The notes: generated by a model from the sequence alone, not told the origin. Shown: positions 17,901 to 26,979, counted from the first letter of the stretch. The stretch: 64,000 bases of DNA from Candidatus Falkowbacteria bacterium RIFOXYA2_FULL_38_12 (GCA_001778095.1 MFGA01000023.1:46811-110810); one strand, 5' to 3'. Made by a program: numbers and translations.

Positions 17901-18499
17901 TAAATAACCCCTATGCCAGCCCACGGTCCCCAAGTTCGAATATCTCCCGGATCAATAAATTCTTTGTGTTTATGTAATTTTTTAATTTTTTCCCATAATC
18001 TCTCTACCTGGCATTTTGGTACTTTCGAATGAAAAACAATATCGTGGAAAACAACAATTCCATTTTCTTTAACTAATGGCGAGTAAAGTTCCCAGTCTTT
18101 TTTTACTCCTTTGTAGCCATGGTCGCCATCAATCATTAAAAAATCAATTTTTTCTCCACCAAGAACTTTAACGAGTTCGTTTTTTGTTTTTACCAATTGG
18201 GAATTTTTCCTAATAAAATATAATTTTTGATTCTTCTTACCATATTTTTTAAACCTCTTCATTTCGTTTATGGTGTATCCGCCGCCAAAAGGACCACCGG
18301 GAAGATCAATACTGACAACAATAGCATTCGGTTTGGCAATTTTACACCAAGCATAAAAAGTGCCACCTCTGGCAGTGCCAACCTCAACAACAGTATTTAA
18401 TTTACGTTTTTTAAGCAAACTAATTAAGGCTGATAGTTCCTTATTTTTTTGAACCGCTCCTTTTCTAATTGCCATTTTTGCAAGTTTTTGTGAATCCAT
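17888..18499 (-). CDS. class I SAM-dependent methyltransferase (CmcI/macrocin O-MTase-like)
   Basis: VVEVGTARGGTFYAW glycine-rich SAM motif, and DGDHGYKGVKKDWELY and VVFHDI motifs. Confidence 0.6.
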   Translation of the reverse strand: MDSQKLAKMAIRKGAVQKNKELSALISLLKKRKLNTVVEVGTARGGTFYAWCKIAKPNAIVVSIDLPGGPFGGGYTINEMKRFKKYGKKNQKLYFIRKNSQLVKTKNELVKVLGGEKIDFLMIDGDHGYKGVKKDWELYSPLVKENGIVVFHDIVFHSKVPKCQVERLWEKIKKLHKHKEFIDPGDIRTWGPWAGIGVIYYKP

Positions 18500-18585
18500 A
18501 ATCTATTTTTTAAAAAATACAAAAAAAAATTAAAAACTTTTTTGAAGCAATGATAAACTATTTTTATAATTCATAAATCATTACC

Positions 18586-18981
18586 TTATTGTAATTCTTT
18601 GATATTTAAAAATGTTTTTGGGTCATAACCGATAATCATAAAATCTACTTTTACGTTAGCGGGAATTCCTCCATACAACCTTCCGTCTGAAATATCAACG
18701 TATCTAAAATATCTAGAATCTCCACTCCTTTCATCATTTACTATTCCAGCTTTTTCAATGACACAACTAGGGTTTGTCGGTATACGAATAAAGATAAAGT
18801 CGTGATATTCTTGAATAGAGTAATACCATGTCCCTTGTTCCTTGCTGGGATGTTTTTTAACTTCGATATTTTCATCGCCAGCTATTCTAGTGCCATCCCA
18901 TTTAAATAAAGCGCTAATAACTTTATATTCAGACCACTTTTTTGTTAATAGTTCGTAAATCGCAATTGCATCTGCAATCAT
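18586..18981 (-). CDS. hypothetical protein (131 aa)
   Basis: ORF only; no motif recognised. Confidence 0.4.
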   Translation of the reverse strand: MIADAIAIYELLTKKWSEYKVISALFKWDGTRIAGDENIEVKKHPSKEQGTWYYSIQEYHDFIFIRIPTNPSCVIEKAGIVNDERSGDSRYFRYVDISDGRLYGGIPANVKVDFMIIGYDPKTFLNIKELQ

Positions 18982-18998
18982 ACTAAAATAATTTTAAT

Positions 18999-20258
18999 TT
19001 AACAACAATACAACTCCTTCGGAGTCTTCCCTTCTTCCATCTCCCCAAACGGATTGCCAAATTTCCTGATATTGGCAATCATTTTTTTATTTTCATCAGT
19101 TTCTAAGTTTTCTTTATTTATTTTCTCTCTAACCTTTTTCATCAATTCCGGCAGATCAATTTTAACCGGACAATTTTCCCGACAAGCGCCACACAAGGTG
19201 CAGGAATAACAGCCGGAGTCTTTTGCCCGCAAGAGGTTTACCATAAAAGCGGACATTATAATCCCCTTGCTTCCCAGATATTTATCTCCGTATTTTGTTC
19301 CAAGCTGATGATAGGCTGGACAGAGATTAATGCAAGCTCCGCAATTGATGCAGTATAACAATTCCTCTAAACCCTCTTCTAAAATTTTATCTCGCCCATT
19401 ATCCAATAAAACCAAATAAACTTCTTTCGCGCCTTGGGCGCCGATTATTAATTGCTTTTGAATATCAGCTGTTTTTGATGGTCCGGAAATTATGGAAACA
19501 TAGACCGGCCAATCAACTCCTGAAGCCCAAACAGTTGTCGCCCGAACAATCTTCATGGCGTCTTCAATTGTGGGAACAATCTTTTCCCAGCCGGCAATAA
19601 TAATATGTTTGTCCGGCAAGCGGGAAACCAAAGAAATGTTCCCCTCGTTTTCCAAAAGAACAATTCTTCCATCGGAAGTAATAACATTGGCTCCGGAAAT
19701 ACCTGTATCCGCTTCCTTGAATTTTCCTCTCAAATAACCTCTCACAAAAGTGGCGATATCTTTAGCGGTCGGCGTGACAGTTTCCCCAAGCTTATTTTTT
19801 ATAATTTCGGAAATTTCTTCCGGGGTCAGGTGATATGCCGGCGAGACCGGATGCATGTCTTGCTCTCCCGCGATACTCATAATAAAATCGCCTAGATCCG
19901 TGCTTACCAATTCTTTATCTTTTAAAATTTCATCTATCCCGATTTCGTCGGCGGCGGTGGTTTTTGCTTTAACAATCAGCTTACTCGTTGCGGTCAAGTC
20001 TTTAATAATTCTTTCCGCGTCCTTGGCGTCTTTTGCCTCAAAAACTTTTATGCCATTTTTTTCCAAGTTGGCAATGGTTTTTTGGCGTAAATTTTTTATA
20101 TCGCGAAAAGTCCGCTCTTTAATTTCTCGGACTTCATCTTTAAATTTATTTTCGTCAAAACCCAAATCAGCCAAAACTTTTTCTCTTTTGGCCTTATATT
20201 CCAAAACTACTTTCCAAATATTCTTTTTGATTTCCGGTGATAAAAAGTCTGTTTGCAT
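18999..20258 (-). CDS. LutB-like iron-sulfur protein (LUD domain + 2x[4Fe-4S] ferredoxin)
   Basis: CINCGACINLCP and CTLCGACRENCP ferredoxin motifs plus a LUD-type N-region. The start is moved to MQTDFLS (20256-20258) because the upstream 23 codons are a translation of GC-rich palindromes. Confidence 0.7.
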   Translation of the reverse strand: MQTDFLSPEIKKNIWKVVLEYKAKREKVLADLGFDENKFKDEVREIKERTFRDIKNLRQKTIANLEKNGIKVFEAKDAKDAERIIKDLTATSKLIVKAKTTAADEIGIDEILKDKELVSTDLGDFIMSIAGEQDMHPVSPAYHLTPEEISEIIKNKLGETVTPTAKDIATFVRGYLRGKFKEADTGISGANVITSDGRIVLLENEGNISLVSRLPDKHIIIAGWEKIVPTIEDAMKIVRATTVWASGVDWPVYVSIISGPSKTADIQKQLIIGAQGAKEVYLVLLDNGRDKILEEGLEELLYCINCGACINLCPAYHQLGTKYGDKYLGSKGIIMSAFMVNLLRAKDSGCYSCTLCGACRENCPVKIDLPELMKKVREKINKENLETDENKKMIANIRKFGNPFGEMEEGKTPKELYCC

Positions 20259-20267
20259 AAAGTTCCT

Positions 20268-20360
20268 TTTTCCCCTCCCTTGAGGGGAGGGGCTAGGGGA
20301 GGGTGGGATGCTTGAATTGTCGATCACCCCCTCCTTACCTCCCCCCTCAAGGGGGAGGAA
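20268..20360. repeat. GC-rich palindromic / G-tract region in an intercistronic spacer
   Basis: CCCCTCCCTTGAGGGGAGGGG and CCTCCCCCCTCAAGGGGGAGG self-complementary hairpins. The plus strand reads GGGGAGGGGCTAGGGGAGGGTGGG (five G-tracts). Confidence 0.5.
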
Positions 20361-20426
20361 CTCATTGATTATTTTTTTACTACTAATGAACTACCCCGCA
20401 GCAAGCTGACGGGGAAATTTATTTCA

Positions 20427-21143
20427 TTATATCAATTCCGAAAACTCTTTAACTTCAATCTCCCCTTCGGCATTATTTTTTAAATTAAGATAACATAAAG
20501 GACACGGCGTCACTAGTGTTTTCGCTCCTGTTTTTTTGGCCATCGCAATCCTATCTTTAGCGATTTTATTAGCAACATTCGGCTCATTTGATTGCACTCC
20601 TCCCCCGCCACCGCAACAAAAACTTTGATTGCAATTAAGTTCCATTTCTTTTATTTCGCATCCCAAATCACGAAGAATTTTCCTCGGCTCTTCAAAAACG
20701 CCCATTTCGCGACCGAGATGGCAGGGATCATGATAAGTTATTTCTTGGTTACCGATATCTTTCCTTCTCGCTATTTTTTTAATCTTACTCAAAGTTTCAG
20801 TCGTGTGCTCCACTTCTATGTTCCACTCGCTCCCCAATACTTTTGGGTATTCTTTTTTAAAAATCATAAAACAAGCCGGACAATGGGTAATTATCTTGCC
20901 AACAGAATGATCTTTAAAAATCTTCAAATTTTTTTGAGCTAACTCTTTAAAATCATCGGCATAACCCGCCTTTAAGGCCGGCGACCCGCAACAAACCTCA
21001 AGATCGGCCAGTTCAATAAAATCAACGCCATTATCGCGTAAAATAGCCTTGTAGTTGCCGACTAGCTCCTTGGCGACAAACTTACTTAGGCAACCGGGAT
21101 AGTAAAGAGTGTTTCCTTTAAATATCTTATTTAAGATAGACAT
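20427..21143 (-). CDS. LutA-like (Fe-S)-binding oxidoreductase with two CCG cysteine-rich domains
   Basis: CCGSPALKAG, HCPAC, HDPCHL and CCGGGGG/CPLC motifs typical of LutA/GlpC/HdrD-type CCG domains. The start is moved to MSILNK because the ORF-track start lies in the repeat at 21154-21253. Confidence 0.7.
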   Translation of the reverse strand: MSILNKIFKGNTLYYPGCLSKFVAKELVGNYKAILRDNGVDFIELADLEVCCGSPALKAGYADDFKELAQKNLKIFKDHSVGKIITHCPACFMIFKKEYPKVLGSEWNIEVEHTTETLSKIKKIARRKDIGNQEITYHDPCHLGREMGVFEEPRKILRDLGCEIKEMELNCNQSFCCGGGGGVQSNEPNVANKIAKDRIAMAKKTGAKTLVTPCPLCYLNLKNNAEGEIEVKEFSELI

Positions 21144-21153
21144 ATATTTCTCC

Positions 21154-21253
21154 GCGTCATTCTGAGCAAAGCGACCCCGCAAAAGGCGGGGCGCGTATGC
21201 GGGAAAATATTGCAGGCATTCGCCTGAGATCCTTCACTGCGTTCAGGATGACG
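21154..21253. repeat. palindromic intercistronic element, GTCATYCYGAGC family
   Basis: CGTCATTCTGAGCAAAGCGA...GCGCGTATGCGGG...GAGATCCTTCACTGCGTTCAGGATGACG. The right 45 nt are nearly identical to the reverse complement of the 47321-47423 copy. Confidence 0.6.
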
Positions 21254-21470
21254 ATACTGTCAAGAATTATTATAAATTCTTAAGTACAAATATCGTACCA
21301 CAAAAAACAAAAAATTCCCAGTCATGAGAATCTTTTGGCGAGAGACAACCTATTGCTTTGCGTATAAATTGTATTTTATAAGCAATTGGAGAAATTGCTT
21401 CTCACAATAGATCGCCCCTCATTTATAATGCTACTACAAATAAATGAAAAAGTCATTAAAAAATCACAAA

Positions 21471-22472
21471 CTATCTTTGCCAAAGCTTCTTACCAATCTC
21501 CCAAATGGAACTATCTCCTTGTTTGTAAAGCCAATACCACCATTCTACTCCCCAAACATAAGCCTTACTAAAACCGGTCTTTCTGGCAAAATCTATGTGA
21601 TTTTTAACACGTTCCGGTCCCATAAGCTCTTTTTGCTTTATAATTTCTTCCGGGGAATTGGAATCCATTCTTTTCCATGGTTCGGCTTGCAATTCCGAAA
21701 TTATTACCTCATTTCTTGATAACCCCAGCAAATTAGCCTTTAATCTATAAGTAAAAGGCGCAAAAAAATGATAAAAATAGCCAAAATAATGATTATAGAC
21801 AACTCTATAAATTGATATACCAAGATAATCGCCCAAGTGAGCCGTTCTAACCCATGACGAAACCTCTCCGCTATCGGTAATTAAAACCGGCCTCGTATCC
21901 AAAGATTTAACAAGAGCGATTTCTTCTTTCAAAAATTCCCTGTCCCCGGGCGGGCATTCGCCAAAAATATCAAATAACGGCTCGTTTTCCACCTGCCAAA
22001 CTTTAATTGCGGGAGATTTTTTGTAACGCGTAACTACTTCTCTTATAAATCCCAAAATCGCCTTTTGACGATCTTCTTTTACTTCTTTTCTCGCCCAAGC
22101 GGGCGTGTGGCATTCCGGCCAATGAGGCTGACGTTCCCCCAAAACCAACATCACCTCCACATTTCTTTTTTCCGCTTCAGCTATTTGCCAATCTAAATCT
22201 TTGAAAAAGTAAGAACCTTTTTGCGCTTCAATACCATTCCATTCCGACTCAAGACGCAAAAATTTTATACCTAATTCATCAACCATTGCCAAGTAAGTTT
22301 CTTGCCAATCCAAACCCAAAGACTCGGCATAGTACCGACTAAAATTGGCGCCGAATTTTATATCTTGATTTTTTTTATTCAAGGGAGATATCCAAGCAAA
22401 AATAAAAAACAAAAATGCCGCTACTAAAACGGTTAAAAATACAAATATAATTTTCTTAAAAAATTTTATCAT
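21471..22472 (-). CDS. membrane-anchored glycoside hydrolase (GH5/GH113-like TIM-barrel)
   Basis: N-terminal TM, WQVENEP (acid/base NEP) and ISELQAEPW (candidate nucleophile) motifs. Confidence 0.45.
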   Translation of the reverse strand: MIKFFKKIIFVFLTVLVAAFLFFIFAWISPLNKKNQDIKFGANFSRYYAESLGLDWQETYLAMVDELGIKFLRLESEWNGIEAQKGSYFFKDLDWQIAEAEKRNVEVMLVLGERQPHWPECHTPAWARKEVKEDRQKAILGFIREVVTRYKKSPAIKVWQVENEPLFDIFGECPPGDREFLKEEIALVKSLDTRPVLITDSGEVSSWVRTAHLGDYLGISIYRVVYNHYFGYFYHFFAPFTYRLKANLLGLSRNEVIISELQAEPWKRMDSNSPEEIIKQKELMGPERVKNHIDFARKTGFSKAYVWGVEWWYWLYKQGDSSIWEIGKKLWQR

Positions 22473-23824
22473 TAATATTGAAGTATTGCTTTTAGCGTCT
22501 TCATTTCTTTTGTTTTGTGCTTGATAATTTTTTCAATATTATATGCTCCGTATTTACCACCCTCAAGAAATCCCTGCATAGCGAGTCGCGCGAAAAAACC
22601 GCTTTTCATCCAATCAAAAAGCCATTCATTGACATATTGAACGTCTTCTTGATCCGTGCCCGAACCGATACTCATCAACCATTTTCTGTTAAATTTTTCT
22701 TGCGATCCGATCGGTGTGGACATAATTATAGGCAAACCTAGGGCTGTATAAAAAGATAACTCGCTCGGTTTTGTCCATAAAATATCCGTCTCGCGAAGAG
22801 CTTTGTTGAATTTTTTAAAATATTCGTCTTTACTGTTGGCAAAAATTATTTTTATATTTTTATCAAGATATCTCCCGAGCCCAATACTCCGAACATTCTC
22901 TCTAAAATATTGATTAATTTCATTTCTGATTCCGGCAACTAAAACTATTTTAATTTCATTTGTCTTTATTTTTGAAGATAAATTTTTAACGATTTGAACT
23001 CCCAACTCTCTTTGCGCTCCCGCTCCGCCGACCGCGAAAGTTATTGTCGGAGGACGATTTGATTTGGAATGAGGCCATTTCTTGCCCAGTCGTTCGGCAA
23101 TTGTCAATTTATATTTTTGAATAAAGGCATTCTCGGGATCAAGATGAATCAGTCTTTCAGCCAAATCATGTTTTAAAATATCCAAAGATTCTCCCCCAAT
23201 GTTTTCTTCGGGCAAGGGAAAACCGGTCAAAAAAATATTTTCCGTTTTTATTCCGTAAAGTTTCAGTCTTTCCACGACACGATAATTGGAAGCGAGATAC
23301 CTGATTCTGCTTTTACTTGGAGTAAGCGACACCCAGGCTCTTGAAATATCCGCATCGCAAATAACACAATATATGTCTCCGCTATACCCCCAAACTTCGG
23401 CCATAAACGCCGGAATAAAAAAGGTAGTGATGAGCGGCAATGGTTTTTTGTCCAAACGCTCAATAAAATGTTTTCCCCATTGTCTTTTTTTAATCAAAGA
23501 AAAAATCTCTCTTTGCTGAAAATTGGTTTTGGATAAATCTCTTTTCGGATAAAAAGAAGGAATCTCTTGAACCTTATCGTAAAGATCAAAAGCAAGCTCG
23601 CCAAAAAACGGAACTTTTTTAAAACGAGAAACAAACTCATAAAATTTTCGGCTGTCCTGCCAAATTTTATGATCTTTTTTTGGCATTCCCGGATAATTGC
23701 TGGCGTTAACTATTTTCCCGCCATAAGCAAATCTCTTTAGAGGATAGGCCGCCCTTTGGTGACCATAGCCCATATCTACGGAGACTATCCAAGCTTTTCC
23801 GTTGTTATTTTTTTCCCCCTTCAT
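22472..23824 (-). CDS. GT-B glycosyltransferase, MGDG-synthase/UgtP-like (diacylglycerol glycosyltransferase family)
   Basis: DMGYGHQRAAYPL N-terminal motif, a FAVGGAGAQRELG nucleotide-sugar loop, and a GT28-like C-half. Confidence 0.45.
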   Translation of the reverse strand: MKGEKNNNGKAWIVSVDMGYGHQRAAYPLKRFAYGGKIVNASNYPGMPKKDHKIWQDSRKFYEFVSRFKKVPFFGELAFDLYDKVQEIPSFYPKRDLSKTNFQQREIFSLIKKRQWGKHFIERLDKKPLPLITTFFIPAFMAEVWGYSGDIYCVICDADISRAWVSLTPSKSRIRYLASNYRVVERLKLYGIKTENIFLTGFPLPEENIGGESLDILKHDLAERLIHLDPENAFIQKYKLTIAERLGKKWPHSKSNRPPTITFAVGGAGAQRELGVQIVKNLSSKIKTNEIKIVLVAGIRNEINQYFRENVRSIGLGRYLDKNIKIIFANSKDEYFKKFNKALRETDILWTKPSELSFYTALGLPIIMSTPIGSQEKFNRKWLMSIGSGTDQEDVQYVNEWLFDWMKSGFFARLAMQGFLEGGKYGAYNIEKIIKHKTKEMKTLKAILQY

Positions 23825-23844
23825 TTTTTTATTTTAGACTCGGT

Positions 23845-24010
23845 TATTAGACTTGTTGCGTAATAATCCTTTCTACTGCAACTAGTAATTTTGGCTACAA
23901 ATCTTCTAAAGCTCCTCTGCTTATACTAATGTATAAACATCGTCGCTTTATAAGATTTTCGCCTAAAATTACCGCGTTTCGTAACGAAAGATTATTACGC
24001 AACAAGTCTA
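23845..24010. repeat. long-hairpin intercistronic element, copy A (structured RNA or MITE-like)
   Basis: 20-26-nt terminal inverted repeats TAGACTTGTTGCGTAATAAT / ATTATTACGCAACAAGTCTA; inner arms ...CAACTAGTAATTTTGGC / GCCTAAAATTACCGCG...; sub-hairpin CTTTCG-TTA-CGAAAG. It is related to copy B at 27977-28136 in reverse orientation. Confidence 0.6.
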
Positions 24011-24745
24011 TTATCTGAAATCTTGGTAGATTTTATTCAAAGGTTTTTTAAAAATCCACTCGCTGAAAAAATTTATAACATATTTTGCAATCAACCTTAT
24101 TCCGCCTTCTCCGCCAAATCTTCTTAGAGAAGAGCCGATTACCAGCTCTTTTGAAAATTCTATTTTTCCGATTTTAGCTATTCGCCTTGTCAGCTCCGTA
24201 TCTTCGCCATAAAATTCCAAATTTGTATTAAACCCCCCTATTTTTTCTAAGGCCTCGCGCCTCACGGCAAAATTCCCTCCGATAAGCATTATTCCCCCTT
24301 GACGAAAAACATACTTCCAAATTTTTTCTCCAACGGGCATTATGATATTATTGTAGATGGATTCAAGAAAGGCTACTATTTTTGAAATTTTTTCAAAATG
24401 GTAAGGACCCGATATACCGATCAATTCGGAGTCGTTCGTAAATTTTTTGATAACGATATTAAACCAATTTTTTGAGACTATGGAGTCGGCGTCAAAAAAA
24501 ACCAATATTTCCCCAGAGGAAGCCAAATAGCCGGCCTGCCTTGCTCGAGTAACTCCTTTTTTTGATTCATTGATAACCCTCACTCCCTTAAAATTTTTAG
24601 CGACCATCTCTGTTTTATCAGTTGAGGCATTATTTACAACAATAACTTCAAAATTATCCGGCAAATCGCTGGAAAAAATAGAATTTAAACATCGGGGAAG
24701 AAATCCTTCTTCATTGTAGGCGGGAACAACTATGGATACTTTCAT
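24011..24745 (-). CDS. glycosyltransferase family 2
   Basis: VSIVVPAYNEE, FFDADS (DxD) and the GT2 catalytic core. Confidence 0.8.
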   Translation of the reverse strand: MKVSIVVPAYNEEGFLPRCLNSIFSSDLPDNFEVIVVNNASTDKTEMVAKNFKGVRVINESKKGVTRARQAGYLASSGEILVFFDADSIVSKNWFNIVIKKFTNDSELIGISGPYHFEKISKIVAFLESIYNNIIMPVGEKIWKYVFRQGGIMLIGGNFAVRREALEKIGGFNTNLEFYGEDTELTRRIAKIGKIEFSKELVIGSSLRRFGGEGGIRLIAKYVINFFSEWIFKKPLNKIYQDFR

Positions 24746-24812
24746 AAATCTTTCTGCCGTTATTCTGCGATAATTATATCACAGAATAGAGTAATCTACT
24801 AAGAATATTTTT

Positions 24813-25277
24813 CTAGTAGTGGTACTCTTTACCACTCATAATCGCCGATGCTCGATAAATTTGTTCCAAGAGGATCATTCTGGCCATTTCGTGAGGAAAA
24901 GTCATTTTGGAAAGGGATAATTTTCGATATGGATTTTCTAAAATGTTTTCATGAAATCCAAGCGCTCCCCCGATTACAAAAATAATTCTTTCATTTTTAT
25001 CTTCAAGAAATTCTGCGAATTCATGAGAAGAAAAATTTTTTCCTTTTTCGTCCAGAATAATAATATTTCCCTCATTTTTCTCTAAAAATTTCAAGATCTT
25101 CTCCCCTTCTATCTTTTTCGCTTTATCTTTATCCGATTCTCTTTTAAAAGGCTCTGCTTCAATTTCTTCAACATCTATCTTGGCGTACGGACTCAATCTT
25201 TTTAAATACTCGCCTATCGCTTCACGAAAATAATCTTTTTTGATTTTTCCCACAGCCAAAATTGTTATTCTCATCAT
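24813..25277 (-). CDS. rlmH: 23S rRNA (pseudouridine1915-N3)-methyltransferase RlmH
   Basis: SPOUT-fold motifs ILDEKGK, VIGGALGF and the expected ~155-aa length. Confidence 0.8.
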   Translation of the reverse strand: MMRITILAVGKIKKDYFREAIGEYLKRLSPYAKIDVEEIEAEPFKRESDKDKAKKIEGEKILKFLEKNEGNIIILDEKGKNFSSHEFAEFLEDKNERIIFVIGGALGFHENILENPYRKLSLSKMTFPHEMARMILLEQIYRASAIMSGKEYHY

Positions 25278-25340
25278 AAGATTATTCTATTTTATAAAAC
25301 CATCCGGTTTTTTAAATAATTCTGTTTTGGAGAAAATTTT

Positions 25341-26729
25341 TTAAAGATTTATCCGATAGTCGCAATAATGAAATATCTCTTCTCTATTATCTGCTATTAG
25401 AATTGTATTGTTTTTGTTTATGATTTTTCTAAAAATATCTACCATGACTGGAATATCCTTAAGATGCAAACCTCTCGTCGGAGTATCAAAGATGTAAACA
25501 GTCCTATCACCTAATTTTTTTGAAAGAATATTTGCGACTCTTACTCTCTGGGATTCTCCTCCGCTTAAAGAACCTGATTTTTGTCCAAGAACCAAATAGC
25601 CCAAACCTACTTCCTGCAAAAATTTTAATTTTCTTACTATTAGGGTATCTGTTTTAAATATTTCTAATGCCTCATCAATTGTCATATTTGTGACTTCTTC
25701 AATGTTTTTACCCTTATAGTAAACTTTTAAAACATCTCTTGAAAAATCATTTTTTGACTCTAAAATGCTATTAGAAATAATAAAATCGGACTTTGTTAAT
25801 CCTAATTGCTTTGATAATTTTTCATTTGCAAAAATTTCTCTTATGTTGTCCCAAACTTTTGCATAGGTCGCGAGCGTGCTTGATGGATGATCTCCGATTG
25901 GAGATTGGGGCACAATAAATGACCTGCGCACATTTGATTTACCGTCAACATTGACCGTTTTTAATTTGATTTTCCATGCATTTTTTCCTTTAAATAAAGC
26001 ACGATAAGTGACATCCAATAATGTTGACTTGCCAGAACCTGAACAGCCAGTTAGGCAAACTATACTTATGAGCGGAAATATAAAACTGTAATTGTTAAAA
26101 TTTCTAGCGGATATTTTTGAAATTGTAACTACTTTGCCCTTCTTGATAGTTTCATGTTTAAGTAAGTCTTTATTTACATTAAAAACATATTCGGCTGTAA
26201 TAGTACCGGACTTTTTAAATTCAGTTAAGTTTCCCTCAAAAATCAATTTCCCTCCATATCGTCCAGCACCTGGACCAAGCTCTATTATATAATCAGCATT
26301 AGCAATTATTTCCTTGTTATGTTCAACTGCGATTATTGAATATCCTTGCTTAACCTTATCTTTCAATATTTTTAAAATCGATTTTCGTTCTTTTTCACAA
26401 AATCCAGCACAGGGCTCGTCAACTATCAACAAATCTTCCTTGTGAATCATGTCCAATTTCTTTTTTAATTTATCAAAATTAAATTCGCCCAAACTCAATT
26501 TTGTATCCCTTGGAAGAATTACTTTTTGCTCAAGAATATCAACAACCTTCGGTAGATTTTTTATATCCCATTTGTTCTTGATCGAATTATTATATAGTAC
26601 CTCATGAACTAAGGTGGATTTACCGCTTCCGCTCGGACCAACAATAGCAACCAATTTTTGCAATGGTATTTTAACTGAAAATCCTTTCAGATTGTTCTTT
26701 GTTATATCTTTTACTATTATGTATTTCAT
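25341..26729 (-). CDS. minimal UvrA-like tandem ABC ATPase (no Zn-finger or insertion domains)
   Basis: Half 1 has GPSGSGKST, LLIVDEP, VEHN and the UvrA-specific ADYIIELGPGAG but a degenerate signature LSLGE. Half 2 has GCSGSGKST and LSGGESQR but FDTPT instead of DEPT and IADN instead of IEHN. Confidence 0.65.
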   Translation of the reverse strand: MKYIIVKDITKNNLKGFSVKIPLQKLVAIVGPSGSGKSTLVHEVLYNNSIKNKWDIKNLPKVVDILEQKVILPRDTKLSLGEFNFDKLKKKLDMIHKEDLLIVDEPCAGFCEKERKSILKILKDKVKQGYSIIAVEHNKEIIANADYIIELGPGAGRYGGKLIFEGNLTEFKKSGTITAEYVFNVNKDLLKHETIKKGKVVTISKISARNFNNYSFIFPLISIVCLTGCSGSGKSTLLDVTYRALFKGKNAWKIKLKTVNVDGKSNVRRSFIVPQSPIGDHPSSTLATYAKVWDNIREIFANEKLSKQLGLTKSDFIISNSILESKNDFSRDVLKVYYKGKNIEEVTNMTIDEALEIFKTDTLIVRKLKFLQEVGLGYLVLGQKSGSLSGGESQRVRVANILSKKLGDRTVYIFDTPTRGLHLKDIPVMVDIFRKIINKNNTILIADNREEIFHYCDYRINL

Positions 26730-26949
26730 TGGACTAACTTAAATAATTAAATTTATAAAAATAAAAAGGGATGAATGCCTCAACAATCGCTGTTAAAATT
26801 GAAGAAAATAAAAGAATGAGGCCGGTAATCTTATGTTTTTTGGCCTCATGCCAATATAACTTTAATGTTTTTTTGGTATTATTTTTCATTTCAAATTATT
26901 TTTTAATACTACCTTCATTAATTATAGATTAAATTACGAAATAATAAAA

Positions 26950-26979
26950 ATCGGACGCTTTTAAGGCATCCGATTTTTA
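26950..26979. terminator. rho-independent terminator downstream of the major pilin gene
   Basis: ATCGGACGC-TTTTAAG-GCATCCGAT hairpin with T-runs on both sides (bidirectional). Confidence 0.55.

Noticed and set aside
26760-26850. Small plus-strand ORF MNASTIAVKIEENKRMRPVILCFLASCQYNFNVF... between the UvrA-like and pilin genes
   Set aside because: It has no Shine-Dalgarno and lies on the opposite strand to all neighbours. The hairpin ATGAGGCC...GGCCTCAT inside it is more likely a minus-strand 3' structure.
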